Shown in pieces: positions 31,173-40,000 of a stretch of DNA of 40,000 nucleotides. Below the pieces are notes generated by a model, which had not been told where the DNA came from, did not search any database, and was given only the letters and a program-made list of their open reading frames with translations. The stretch's first letter is position 1; each line of letters opens with the position of its first letter. This DNA comes from Pseudomonas phage phiKZ: the sequence record AF399011.1; one strand, 5' to 3'. The position numbers and the translations under genes were made by a program.

Positions 31173-31913
31173 ATGTCACAACAGCAGCCTAATGCACCCG
31201 TAGTTAACCCTTTTAACGTAATGAATACTTGGCTACATGCCAAACCATGCGAGGGTTCTCAAAAACGACCGACGCTACGATTTGGTCTGTTTAAAAACCA
31301 ACCACGGGTTACTGTTCGTACTAATGTACCTGGTGATAAAGACCATGGTAAAATTGAGTTCAATACTGACCTAGCAACCTTTGCATGTTTCATTAAGTTT
31401 GCAATGGACTTAATTGAAGGTAAAACCGAAGATACTGAACGTGTCTTTGTTTACCGTAATAACTTCGTAGCTGGTAAGAAGCGTGATAATTTTATTGAGC
31501 TTTCTAAGCTACATGTTGGCCGTGCACAAGATGGTCGAATTTACATCGCAGTGCTAAGCACTCAACCTGATCGTCCAAAGATCAAATTCTTCTTTGGCCC
31601 GTCCCAATTCCATGATATCCGCAAAGCAGATGGTAGTCAGCTATCACCTAAGGAAATGTCTGATGCTTATGCATACGGTTTCCTAGACCCCGCATATAAA
31701 CTAGTAATGCATCTTCTAGTAACTGAATTCGATCCAGATGCTAAAGGTGTATCTAACCCTGCTAATTTTAATCAGGGTAACGGTAATAGCGGTGGTTACA
31801 ATAATGGTGGTCAGCGCAATAACTATAACAACGGCGGCAATAATAGCTATGCTAAGCCGGCTAATAATAGTTATAATGACTCAGCTTTTGATGAGGATAT
31901 GCCTTCCTTCTAA
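31173..31913 (+). CDS. Putative single-stranded DNA-binding protein-like
   Basis: Compact N-terminal domain, Asn/Gly-rich linker and acidic tip DSAFDEDMPSF. Confidence 0.6.
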   Translation: MSQQQPNAPVVNPFNVMNTWLHAKPCEGSQKRPTLRFGLFKNQPRVTVRTNVPGDKDHGKIEFNTDLATFACFIKFAMDLIEGKTEDTERVFVYRNNFVAGKKRDNFIELSKLHVGRAQDGRIYIAVLSTQPDRPKIKFFFGPSQFHDIRKADGSQLSPKEMSDAYAYGFLDPAYKLVMHLLVTEFDPDAKGVSNPANFNQGNGNSGGYNNGGQRNNYNNGGNNSYAKPANNSYNDSAFDEDMPSF

Positions 31914-31978
31914 AACATATTTCGGTGCTTACTCTCGAAGTAGGCACCGATATGCCCTCAGTACTAAATGCCGTTATA

Positions 31979-32008
31979 CTAAAAAAAATTTGAGATCTAT
32001 ATTACTAA
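31979..32008 (+). promoter_or_regulatory. Strong promoter-like motif (ctaaaaaaaatttGAGATCTATATTACTAA)
   Basis: Near identical to copy at 19565-19592. Confidence 0.7.
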
Positions 32009-32038
32009 CATGTATCTACATTGGTAAAAGAGGTTAAA

Positions 32039-33604
32039 ATGCAAATCATCGTTACAGGAGTTCAAGGTACTGGTTTTACTGAAGTGGCTACAGAACACAA
32101 TGGTAAACGTTTAACTTGGACAACTACGGCTTATAGTAAAATTCGTGTACAAGATCAACAACGAGTATTCCAAGAAATCAATGATTATTGGAGTGGCCTA
32201 AGTGCTGAGGCACAACAACATATCTGGAATTGTTATGTAGAAATTCGTAAGATCATGGATATGGCCATGGATCCGATGAGGATTGCAATGAGTCTATCCT
32301 ATTACATCAAAGAGATGTATAAAGCCATGCCGATGAATAGTTTTCGGCGATGGCTACTAACTATTGGTAAACTTTATATTCCAGTAGATATTGAAGAAGT
32401 TATCACTGATGATTCACGATATAATCGACCAGATCAAACATATCTGAAACATGACTATATTAACCTTGCATCTGTATCACTAGCTCTTCGTCCTTTAGTA
32501 CCTATTTGGGGCGAGTTTATTGATCAGGGCACTTCTCAGGAAATGCATAAAGAGTGTGAAGTAATTAGTCTCATCTCGGATTGTGAGGTTAACCATTGGC
32601 CTGTTGATGAAATATCAATTGATGGAACTCCAGTAGAAACAGCTTATGATAAGCTAAGTGCATATGTTAAGTTTTGTGTAGAAGATGAAGCACCCACCTT
32701 AGCCAACCTTTATAGAGGTATGAGTTCAGCTGAAGTGCCGGATATCTTACAGGCTAAAGTTATGGTTAGGCGATTAACCATCCTACCATTAAACGATGCC
32801 ACCTCACATTCCATCGTTTCAAATATGTTTAGATATGTTAAGTCAAATCTAAACCCTGCTGAACGATCAACTGCTGACCGGGTTAATGATAAACGGCCAG
32901 ATAAAGGTGGTATTGATGATGATGATAAAACATCATTTATCGAATCGCATAAAACTAAACAACGAGTTACTCCTGGTGATATTGTAGCTTATAACTTAGA
33001 TGCTCTTGATGTAGTTAAACTGGTTCACAAAATCGATGACACTGTCCCAGTAGAGTTAATTCAGGAATGTCTAGATTGCGTTGCAGTTACAGCTACTAAA
33101 GATATCTATCCACACCAGATATTACTTGCACAATGGGTGATGCACAAAGCTTTCCCTGCAAGAGCATTCAGCCACATTAATAAAAATGCAGTTAACCATT
33201 TGTTGGCAGCAGCTCAGTCACTAATGTGGCATTGGGGTTTCCAACAAGTTGCTGTATTTATGCAAGTAGAGTTGTATTATAGTGGTGAACATGCAATGTC
33301 CATTCAACCACGTAATAGCACACGTATTCAAATTAAATATAAGGACGTAATGGATGAGCTTTATCCACATCAACGACAACAGCGAGCTATTAATGGTGTT
33401 CCAGTAGCACCTGTAAATATTGCGGGCATTGCTGTGCAATCTGCACATGCATCCATTAGATCTAGTAACTGGATCTATCATGGACCCGATCGTTTATTCA
33501 AAGAAGCAGAACAGGTAACTCAGAATAAAGTCCTTGTTGTACCGGCCACAATTAAGTCGGTGATCACCGAACTGGTAATTCATCTGGGTAAACTTAATCA
33601 GTAA
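32039..33604 (+). CDS. Hypothetical protein (~521 aa); possible counterpart of the fifth nvRNAP subunit (phiKZ gp68)
   Basis: ORF track 32021..33604; size and position upstream of the beta C-terminal gene only, no motif. Confidence 0.3.
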   Translation: MQIIVTGVQGTGFTEVATEHNGKRLTWTTTAYSKIRVQDQQRVFQEINDYWSGLSAEAQQHIWNCYVEIRKIMDMAMDPMRIAMSLSYYIKEMYKAMPMNSFRRWLLTIGKLYIPVDIEEVITDDSRYNRPDQTYLKHDYINLASVSLALRPLVPIWGEFIDQGTSQEMHKECEVISLISDCEVNHWPVDEISIDGTPVETAYDKLSAYVKFCVEDEAPTLANLYRGMSSAEVPDILQAKVMVRRLTILPLNDATSHSIVSNMFRYVKSNLNPAERSTADRVNDKRPDKGGIDDDDKTSFIESHKTKQRVTPGDIVAYNLDALDVVKLVHKIDDTVPVELIQECLDCVAVTATKDIYPHQILLAQWVMHKAFPARAFSHINKNAVNHLLAAAQSLMWHWGFQQVAVFMQVELYYSGEHAMSIQPRNSTRIQIKYKDVMDELYPHQRQQRAINGVPVAPVNIAGIAVQSAHASIRSSNWIYHGPDRLFKEAEQVTQNKVLVVPATIKSVITELVIHLGKLNQ

Positions 33605-33620
33605 TAATTGAGGTAGTTCT

Positions 33621-35294
33621 ATGTTAGGTTTTAATAATTCAGCAATGGGTGGTAATACTGAAGTACAGATTGAATCATTCATTCTAGTACAGACTGGTAC
33701 TTATCAACCTGAGCATGTTCGACCATTTACGGTAGAGGTCACTGAGAACTCTATTGAACGTTTAAAAGAAGCAACTAATGACGGTCGTAATCTAGGTGTT
33801 GCAGCTGTGCAGCAAATTGCAGCTGATGTGATTGCACCACGTGCTCAAACTCAAGGTGAAGTCCCTATCGTCAATGGTTGGGGTGAGCGCCGGTTTAGGT
33901 TCATGATGAAAGTATGGGAGAATAACCGTTTCTTTGGTAATACCCGTACTTGCCGGATTCTATTTGGTTGCTCTGACCATTGCTCTATTAGTCCGCTTAG
34001 CAGTAGTCTAGATCCTAACATGCGTATCTATTTTAATAGTGAAACTGTTATTGTAGAGCGCCAACGACCAACTGAGTTCGGTGTAGTCAAACAAGCACAT
34101 ATCCTAGGTTCTAACCAGATCCTTGCACCCGTTGATATCATGAGTGATATTACTATCCCTCAGAACGGGTTTAGCATGTATACTGGAACTTCATCATATC
34201 TTCAACGACCGGAAGATGTTTTCCAGATCCAGCAAACGATGCAAGTAGCTAAACGCATTGAATCAACTGGACTACATCAAGGCGTATTTGACCGGATCAT
34301 TGATCAACGCTCCAGTGTTGGTGAAGCAGGTACTTTCCAATATTCAAATCGCCGCGATACTTCTCCTACTCGTTATCTATCTAGTACTCTTAATGCATGG
34401 CAGCATTCTGTTAAAGAAGCTGAGATGGCTAATAATGATAACGATAATATCTTTGGAGGTGTCTCTGATGAAGTGATGCTAGGTGATGCATCTGCTGTAC
34501 TTCGAAATCAAGATATCCATTCCAATATGTTCATGCGCATTCTAAAAGAACGCTGCAATTACATGGAACGTGGCTTTGTTACACTGGCTGACCTACAACG
34601 AGTATTCCCTGAACTACTGGTTGATGGTGTAGTTAAAGCTGGTATGGATAATGGTAATTCTCAACGCTTCGTTAACCGAGCAGAGCATTCCATGCATTGG
34701 GGTGGTGCAGATCATCACACTGTTGCAGCATCGCTACTTGCACAAGTAGTTCCAGCAATCATGATGGATAACTATTTCCGGGTAACCTCCTTTGCAATTA
34801 CAAATGGACATGGAGCTAATAACTATCTATTCGAAATGCATCCAAATGGTACCAGGAGTATCATGGATGGAATTGATATGACTCCACAGATCAATGACTT
34901 TGAACGTCGTCTTATTACCGATGCGATTAACAGTATCTCTTATGGTAACCAGATTCCGTTTAAAATCTCCATGCACTCTGACTTAGCTGGTGATACTGTT
35001 ATTGATATCAGTCTAAATCATGAATCGGTAGAACGATTCATCGCACCGACCTTCATTGATAGTCTGTTTAGTCCAGTCATCACTCGGGATGCATCAGCAC
35101 CGGCTATGATCTCTAATGACCTTACCTATCTTGTTAAGAATGTTATCCCCACTAAGACTCAACAAAACATTCTAAACAGTAGTGGTCAGCCGGTTAACAT
35201 GCAACCGTATCAGCATCCTGTAGCTCAACCTGCTCAAATCAATCCTAAATTTGGTGATAACAATGCCTACGATTTCTCTTTCCAAGTTCTATAG
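33621..35294 (+). CDS. Hypothetical protein (557 aa), possibly structural
   Basis: Long ORF. Confidence 0.75.
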   Translation: MLGFNNSAMGGNTEVQIESFILVQTGTYQPEHVRPFTVEVTENSIERLKEATNDGRNLGVAAVQQIAADVIAPRAQTQGEVPIVNGWGERRFRFMMKVWENNRFFGNTRTCRILFGCSDHCSISPLSSSLDPNMRIYFNSETVIVERQRPTEFGVVKQAHILGSNQILAPVDIMSDITIPQNGFSMYTGTSSYLQRPEDVFQIQQTMQVAKRIESTGLHQGVFDRIIDQRSSVGEAGTFQYSNRRDTSPTRYLSSTLNAWQHSVKEAEMANNDNDNIFGGVSDEVMLGDASAVLRNQDIHSNMFMRILKERCNYMERGFVTLADLQRVFPELLVDGVVKAGMDNGNSQRFVNRAEHSMHWGGADHHTVAASLLAQVVPAIMMDNYFRVTSFAITNGHGANNYLFEMHPNGTRSIMDGIDMTPQINDFERRLITDAINSISYGNQIPFKISMHSDLAGDTVIDISLNHESVERFIAPTFIDSLFSPVITRDASAPAMISNDLTYLVKNVIPTKTQQNILNSSGQPVNMQPYQHPVAQPAQINPKFGDNNAYDFSFQVL

Positions 35295-36642
35295 TGATCA
35301 AGTATTACCTGCTTTCCGATACAAAGTAGGTGAAGAGGATATGATCAGTATTCTCGATCCACTTGGTCGACCTGCACCTGCAAAGGTAGATGGTAAGCGA
35401 CTAGTGGTACCTACTAAAGATTGGCTTCGTAAAGGGCTAGGCGATGATTACATCGCCTTCCACCCGCTATCTGAAAAGATCTCTCGGCTAGGTACTTCTC
35501 AAGTACTACAGCATATGCAGCGTCAAGTTAAGGCTAATCTAATGTTTACTGTGAAGTATCTTACTTCACGTATTTTAGAAGTAGCTGCCGACTCCACTCT
35601 GCATAAAGACATTCCGCCAGAATGTTCAGACTTCCTAAAGAAACTATCCGGTGCTAAGCCAGATACCATTGAGTGGTTTAATAAGGTTGTCAAAGCTGCT
35701 GAAAAACGCTCACGTTTTGTAAGCGTGTATCTAAAAGCAAATGGTAAATTTGATGGGAAGACAGTTAACCGTATCTGCGTTATTCGGTTCCCTATCGTAG
35801 AGGATCTTTATTCTAAAGATGATATCCTTGGAGTAAATGTACCTAAGAAACAGCGGCCAGTTCTAATTGAACTATTTAAACTGGTTGTACCATTTGGTGA
35901 TTCACCAACTGAATATTCAGCAGGAACTGTTGAGCGGGTAGCACCTTATTTTGTATGTCTTATCCAGGCATTTAACAAAATCACTACTCAACTAAATAGT
36001 GTTATTGATAAGTATCGCCTGATCTTCGATGATGCTATTCAACCTTATTCAAAAGTTGATGAGAAGGTGATTGCTGATTTTGCAAAGATGCAACGTGAGA
36101 TCCCCTCTCTTGATGGTAATGAAGGAGTCAGCAATGAAGTAGAAGAAGAAGCTTCTGAAACTGTAAACCCAGTTGCCCAAATTCCTGTCCAGAAAAAGGA
36201 TAGTGTAGTTAAAGTGGGTAATACTGCTAAAGAACAAACTACTTCTACACGTGTACCAGTAGGCACAACTGTGAATGTTAATCCATCCATGAGTCAAGCT
36301 GTAGCAATGACTCAGGCACCTCAACGTCCCGCACAACAAGTTCAAACTAGCAATAAAGCATCTATCCAAGATCTTCTAAATGCTGGGCAGAAAAACCAAT
36401 TTGCTCAACCAGGAATGATGCAACAACCTGTTATGATGAACAATAACTTTGCAATGCCTGGGATGATGCAGCCGCAGCAACCAATGATGGCTAATATGCA
36501 TCCGCAAATGATGCAACTCATGGGCAATCAAATGCCGATGGGTGGTGGATTTGCGCAAGCACTAAACCCCGCTCTAGCTGGTAATGGTAACACCGCGATG
36601 ATGAATCTAGGTGGAAACCAAATGATGGGGCGTCTACTGTAA
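35263..36642 (+). CDS. Hypothetical protein (~459 aa) with Met/Gln/Pro/Asn-rich low-complexity C-terminus
   Basis: ORF track 35251..36642; ATG 35263 likely. Confidence 0.75.
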   Translation: MPTISLSKFYSDQVLPAFRYKVGEEDMISILDPLGRPAPAKVDGKRLVVPTKDWLRKGLGDDYIAFHPLSEKISRLGTSQVLQHMQRQVKANLMFTVKYLTSRILEVAADSTLHKDIPPECSDFLKKLSGAKPDTIEWFNKVVKAAEKRSRFVSVYLKANGKFDGKTVNRICVIRFPIVEDLYSKDDILGVNVPKKQRPVLIELFKLVVPFGDSPTEYSAGTVERVAPYFVCLIQAFNKITTQLNSVIDKYRLIFDDAIQPYSKVDEKVIADFAKMQREIPSLDGNEGVSNEVEEEASETVNPVAQIPVQKKDSVVKVGNTAKEQTTSTRVPVGTTVNVNPSMSQAVAMTQAPQRPAQQVQTSNKASIQDLLNAGQKNQFAQPGMMQQPVMMNNNFAMPGMMQPQQPMMANMHPQMMQLMGNQMPMGGGFAQALNPALAGNGNTAMMNLGGNQMMGRLL

Positions 36643-36651
36643 TACGGCATA

Positions 36652-36695
36652 AACCAGGGGGCCTAAGGGTCCCCTGGCTTGCTTTAAAACTTTTT
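36652..36695. terminator. Hairpin CCAGGGG...CCCCTGG between convergent genes
   Basis: Inverted repeat, downstream tttttag. Confidence 0.6.
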
Positions 36696-37058
36696 AGTTT
36701 GATATAGGCTAACGAGGTGCTGAATCATGTCGTTATTCGGTATGATTAAATAGCTGGTGTAATCATTAGCTGAAGGATCCCTTAGAACTTTACCAAAATC
36801 ATAAGGGCTAACTAAACCATTAACACGCATTTGAATCCACCACATATCGGGATTGACACGGCGTTCTGCCATGTATCCATAAAAGTTTCCTTCGAACTGG
36901 TAATACAATTCAGGTGGAATCTGAATACGTGTGGATCTGACATTACGTAAGATATTCAAATGAGTCTCAATAATTAATCTGAACCCTGGTTCATAATAAA
37001 CAGATTCACCTGAATCTGGCTGATTAGCTAACAGTGTGAATGCCATAATAAATTCCAA
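36684..37058 (-). CDS. Hypothetical protein (~120 aa)
   Basis: Minus-strand ORF between convergent terminator and divergent promoter-like region. Confidence 0.75.
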   Translation of the reverse strand: MEFIMAFTLLANQPDSGESVYYEPGFRLIIETHLNILRNVRSTRIQIPPELYYQFEGNFYGYMAERRVNPDMWWIQMRVNGLVSPYDFGKVLRDPSANDYTSYLIIPNNDMIQHLVSLYQTKKF

Positions 37059-37085
37059 TAAATTTTATTTAAGATCTATATCATA
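37058..37085 (+). promoter_or_regulatory. Promoter-like motif, TATATCAT variant (aaattccaataaattttatttAAGATCTATATCATA)
   Basis: Recurrent motif in a divergent intergenic region. Confidence 0.6.
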
Positions 37086-37114
37086 GTTTTACAATTACCC
37101 AAAAGGAGGTAGTG

Positions 37115-37285
37115 ATGAATTATGGTAATAACCATAGACACACTCAAGAAACTGTAATAGACCAACAAAAAGATTATAGATATCCACAATTTACTGAGCA
37201 CAATGTGCAGATAGATCCATATGATCGTTTCTACATTGGTGGCGTCCGTGGTATGATGTTTTTAGATGAAGTAAAAAAGAGGTGA
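37115..37285 (+). CDS. Small protein (56 aa), MNYGNNHRHTQETVIDQQKDYRYPQFTEHNVQIDPYDRFYIGGVRGMMFLDEVKKR
   Basis: Perfect AAAAGGAGGT RBS 5-10 nt upstream of ATG; stop 3 nt before the ATG at 37289; below the ORF-track length cut-off. Confidence 0.75.
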   Translation: MNYGNNHRHTQETVIDQQKDYRYPQFTEHNVQIDPYDRFYIGGVRGMMFLDEVKKR

Positions 37286-37288
37286 AGT

Positions 37289-38470
37289 ATGTCTCAACTA
37301 GGTAGACGTGAAATTGATCTAACTTTACTAGGTCATACTGGTTTAGATCCTTGGTATGGCACTACCTCATCTGCACGGGGTGCTATGTTTGTAACACACA
37401 TTGGACAAGCACCAGAAGTAAATGGAAATGAATCGCGTTATTTCCTAACGGGTGCTGAATTAGAGTATGCCAAGTATACACATGATGTTCGTTTTCCTGA
37501 GGATTGTCGTGTACTACATGTTCTTAGAAAATATCCAACGGGTATTGGTAAAGACAGTATTAGATCTAACCCGGTAACAACTATTATCTACGAAAACTAT
37601 TTTGACAAATATAAAACTATTGGTGTCCTACATGTTCCCGAATACATGAGCCATCACCAAGACTTTGGTTATGAACTTGTAAAGAACCGAGAAGTGTGGG
37701 AAACCATTGCTCCAAATGAAATGTTCTCTAAAGACACAGTAATTGCACAGTCTGGTGCAGTTAAGAAAGATGGTACTTTAGGGATGGGTGTTAATGCTAA
37801 TGTTGTATTCCTATCTGCCGCAGGTACTATTGAAGATGGATTCGTAGCTAATAAGAATTTCCTTAAAAGGATGATGCCAACTAGTTATAGCACGGCTGTA
37901 GCTAATGCTGGTAGGAAAGCTTTCTTCTTAAACATGTATGGCGATGATAAGATCTATAAACCATTTCCAGACATTGGCGATGTTATCCGACCAGATGGTG
38001 TAATCTTCGCCATCCGTGACCATGATGATGATCTAGCTCCTGCCGAGATGACTCCTAGGGCACTTCGTACACTAGATAGGACTTTCGACAGAGCTGTTAT
38101 TGGCACGCCTGGTGCAAAGGTTATTGATATTGATATCTGGCGTGATGAGCGTGTAAATCCATCACCTACTCCAACAGGAATGGATGCGCAATTAGTTAAA
38201 TATCATACTCATCTTAGCAGTTATTATCGAGAACTATTAAAGATCTATCGTGGTCTATTAGCGCGTCGTAAAGATGATCTACATATCACTGAGGAATTTG
38301 AACGTCTTATTGTAACCGCACAAATGTTCCTACCTCAACCTGATAATGTCCGTAAACTATCTCGATTCTATCGGCTAGACCCACTAGATGAATGGCGAGT
38401 CGAAGTAACTTACAAAGCTCAGAAGATGCCAGCTGGTGCTTTCAAGATGACTGATTTTCATGGTGGTAAT
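37289..38470 (+). CDS. Phage multisubunit RNA polymerase beta-like C-terminal half, exon 1 (394 codons)
   Basis: ...DEWRVEVTYKAQKMPAGAFKMTDFHGGN aligns with beta ...KxQxGDKMAGRHGN|KGVI. Confidence 0.85.
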
Positions 38471-39685
38471 TAATATCCATCCATCTCTTGGGAGATGCGA
38501 TGAATGAAGAGTTTAAAGTAATACCAGGTTATGAAGGATATGCGGTAACCAAATGCGGTGTGATTAAGTCTATAGAAAGAGATTTGATTTTATCCACATT
38601 TATGTTAGATGGTTATCGTGCAGTCAGTACCTTTCGTGGATCACTGACTAAAACGTTACCTGTCCATCGAGCGATTGCATTAGCTTGGATAAATAATGAT
38701 TCACCTGATACGTTGACAGTGGTTAACCATAAAGATGGAGATCCACTTAATAACGATCTTGAGAATCTTGAATGGACAGATTATTCGGGTAACAACTACC
38801 ATGCGGTTAACAATGGATTAAGACGTGATCCAATTGCTTGCTATACACGGTGCTTCTTCACCAAACAAGTAATGGCATTTAATTCAATTGCACAAGCATG
38901 TGTACATATGGGTCTTCCAAAAGACACACCATTTGCAATGTTGAAGCCTAAGATGTTCGGTAAGTTGATAGCTGGTAAGTTCGAATTTAAATATGCTAAT
39001 GAAACGGATCCTTGGTTTTATGAGCATCGAACCGAACTAGTAAAACCATCACGTTATATGGTGACAGTTATCAACCCAGATGGCTATGCCGAGGAAATCT
39101 ATTCCAACGCAGCTTTCTTGAAAGCTTACCAACTTTACGATAGTCCCTATGGGAGATCGATTCCTGGTCTTGCAAAGTACGCAACTGAAAAATACCCAGC
39201 TTATGAATTTGTGGTGAGAGACTCGTATACAGAGGAGCGGTATCGAGTACACAGATCAACAGCTGGTAGTCAGCGACAATTTGTTCAAGCACTCAAGAAT
39301 AAAGAGTGCATTGGGTTTAACTCGCTAACTAGTTGCGCAAAACACTTCAATGTAGACCGTTCAGTTATTAAGCATCGGATAAAATCCGGTGAAAATCTGG
39401 ATGGATGGATATTTTCAAATTGCCTGCTTGATCTCGAAAGAGTCAAGTAAATCCTCTCTAATTGCTGGGACATCTCAATGAGACAATCAGCAGCGAAGCT
39501 TTCCAGAAATGGATTGAACGTTCAACGACTATCCGGTTACGCGGAGTACACTCAAGCGAGTGGAAATGGGAGGGACCTGACCACCTAGGGTGAAGGTTAA
39601 GATATAGTCTGGTCTGCATGGTGACATGCAGCTGCCTGCAATACGAGAGGCGGGGTAAGCGTAGCGAACTTACCTGAACATAACG
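38471..39685 (+). other. Group I intron (1215 nt) in the RNAP beta gene
   Basis: Same core as intron 1: CTCTCTAATTGCTGGGA, AATCAGCAGCGAAGCT (39485-39500), GTTCAACGACTAT (39520-39532), GATATAGTCTGGTC (39601-39614), terminal CTGAACATAACG; exon 1 ends in U, intron ends in G; splicing restores HGGN-KGVICK in frame. Confidence 0.88.
38488..39450 (+). CDS. Intron-encoded HNH homing endonuclease (NUMOD4 + HNH), 320 aa (ATG 38500 also possible)
   Basis: EEFKVIPGYEGYAVTKCGVIKS (NUMOD4); VVNHKDGDPLNNDLENLEWTDYSGNNYHAVNNG (HNH); C-terminal HFNVDRSVIKHRIKSG (NUMOD1-like). Confidence 0.9.
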   Translation: MGDAMNEEFKVIPGYEGYAVTKCGVIKSIERDLILSTFMLDGYRAVSTFRGSLTKTLPVHRAIALAWINNDSPDTLTVVNHKDGDPLNNDLENLEWTDYSGNNYHAVNNGLRRDPIACYTRCFFTKQVMAFNSIAQACVHMGLPKDTPFAMLKPKMFGKLIAGKFEFKYANETDPWFYEHRTELVKPSRYMVTVINPDGYAEEIYSNAAFLKAYQLYDSPYGRSIPGLAKYATEKYPAYEFVVRDSYTEERYRVHRSTAGSQRQFVQALKNKECIGFNSLTSCAKHFNVDRSVIKHRIKSGENLDGWIFSNCLLDLERVK

Positions 39686-40000
39686 AAGGGCGTCATCTGT
39701 AAGGTAATGGAAGATGAAGATATGCCTATTGACGAAAATGGTAATAGGGCAGATCTAATTATCTTTGGTGGTTCAACCATGCGTCGTTCAAATTATGGTC
39801 GAATTTATGAACATGGTTTTGGCGCAGCTGCACGGGATCTAGCTCAACGCCTACGCGTTGAAGCTGGATTAGATCGACATGCCAAACCAACCCAGCAACA
39901 ACTAAATAGTGTAATGGGCAACACACAATGGGTTGATTATGCATTTAAAGAACTATTAGGTTTCTATGAGATCATTGCTCCAACAATGCATAGTAAAATG
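39686..40000 (+). CDS. RNA polymerase beta-like C-terminal half, exon 2 (truncated by right edge)
   Basis: KGVICKVMEDEDMPIDENGNRADLIIFGGSTMRRSNYGRIYEHGFGAAARD...; resembles beta [27 protein letters not shown]...; no stop to the edge. Confidence 0.88.

Noticed and set aside
34258-34476. 72-aa + strand ORF inside 33621-35294, and 36045-36558 antisense ORFs
   Set aside because: Alternative frames of clear coding sequence.
38450-38490. Alternative intron 2 boundary GGT|AAT with exon 2 starting ACG AAG
   Set aside because: Would end the intron in A and give HGG-TKGV; the AAT|...ACG|AAG boundary ends in G and restores HGGNKGV.

Overview
The window looks like part of a nucleus-forming, phiKZ-like jumbo phage genome. 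Nearly all genes are on the + strand, with four short minus-strand excursions. Anchors supported by sequence motifs are: a phage tubulin (PhuZ) at 5944-6927; a dual-specificity-type phosphatase at 6982-7464; a probable nuclear-shell protein (chimallin/ChmA) at 19662-21542, assigned by size, composition and synteny rather than by motif; a phage RNA polymerase beta' N-terminal half at 21910-24775; an Mre11/SbcD-like nuclease at 29104-30243; an SSB-like protein with an acidic tip at 31173-31913; and the C-terminal half of an RNA polymerase beta subunit starting at 37289 and running off the right edge. Both RNAP genes are interrupted by related group I introns. One sits inside N|ADFDGD of beta' (23182-24553), the other inside HGGN|KGVI of beta (38471-39685). 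Each carries a NUMOD4/HNH-type homing endonuclease. Other notable observations are: a roughly 300-nt, ORF-free, strongly structured candidate ncRNA between the putative chmA and the beta' gene; a recurrent promoter-like motif (A/T tract - AGATYTATATTACTAA) with a distinct TATATCAT variant in the three divergent intergenic regions inside the window; stacked palindromes in the putative chmA leader; a candidate H-type pseudoknot over a ribosome binding site at 13512-13553; a diverged segmental duplication flanking a promoter+ORF cassette at 25601-26066; and a run of three homopolymer-associated +1 ORF junctions at 11850-12600. No tRNA, CRISPR or transposon was recognised. All family calls are by eye.
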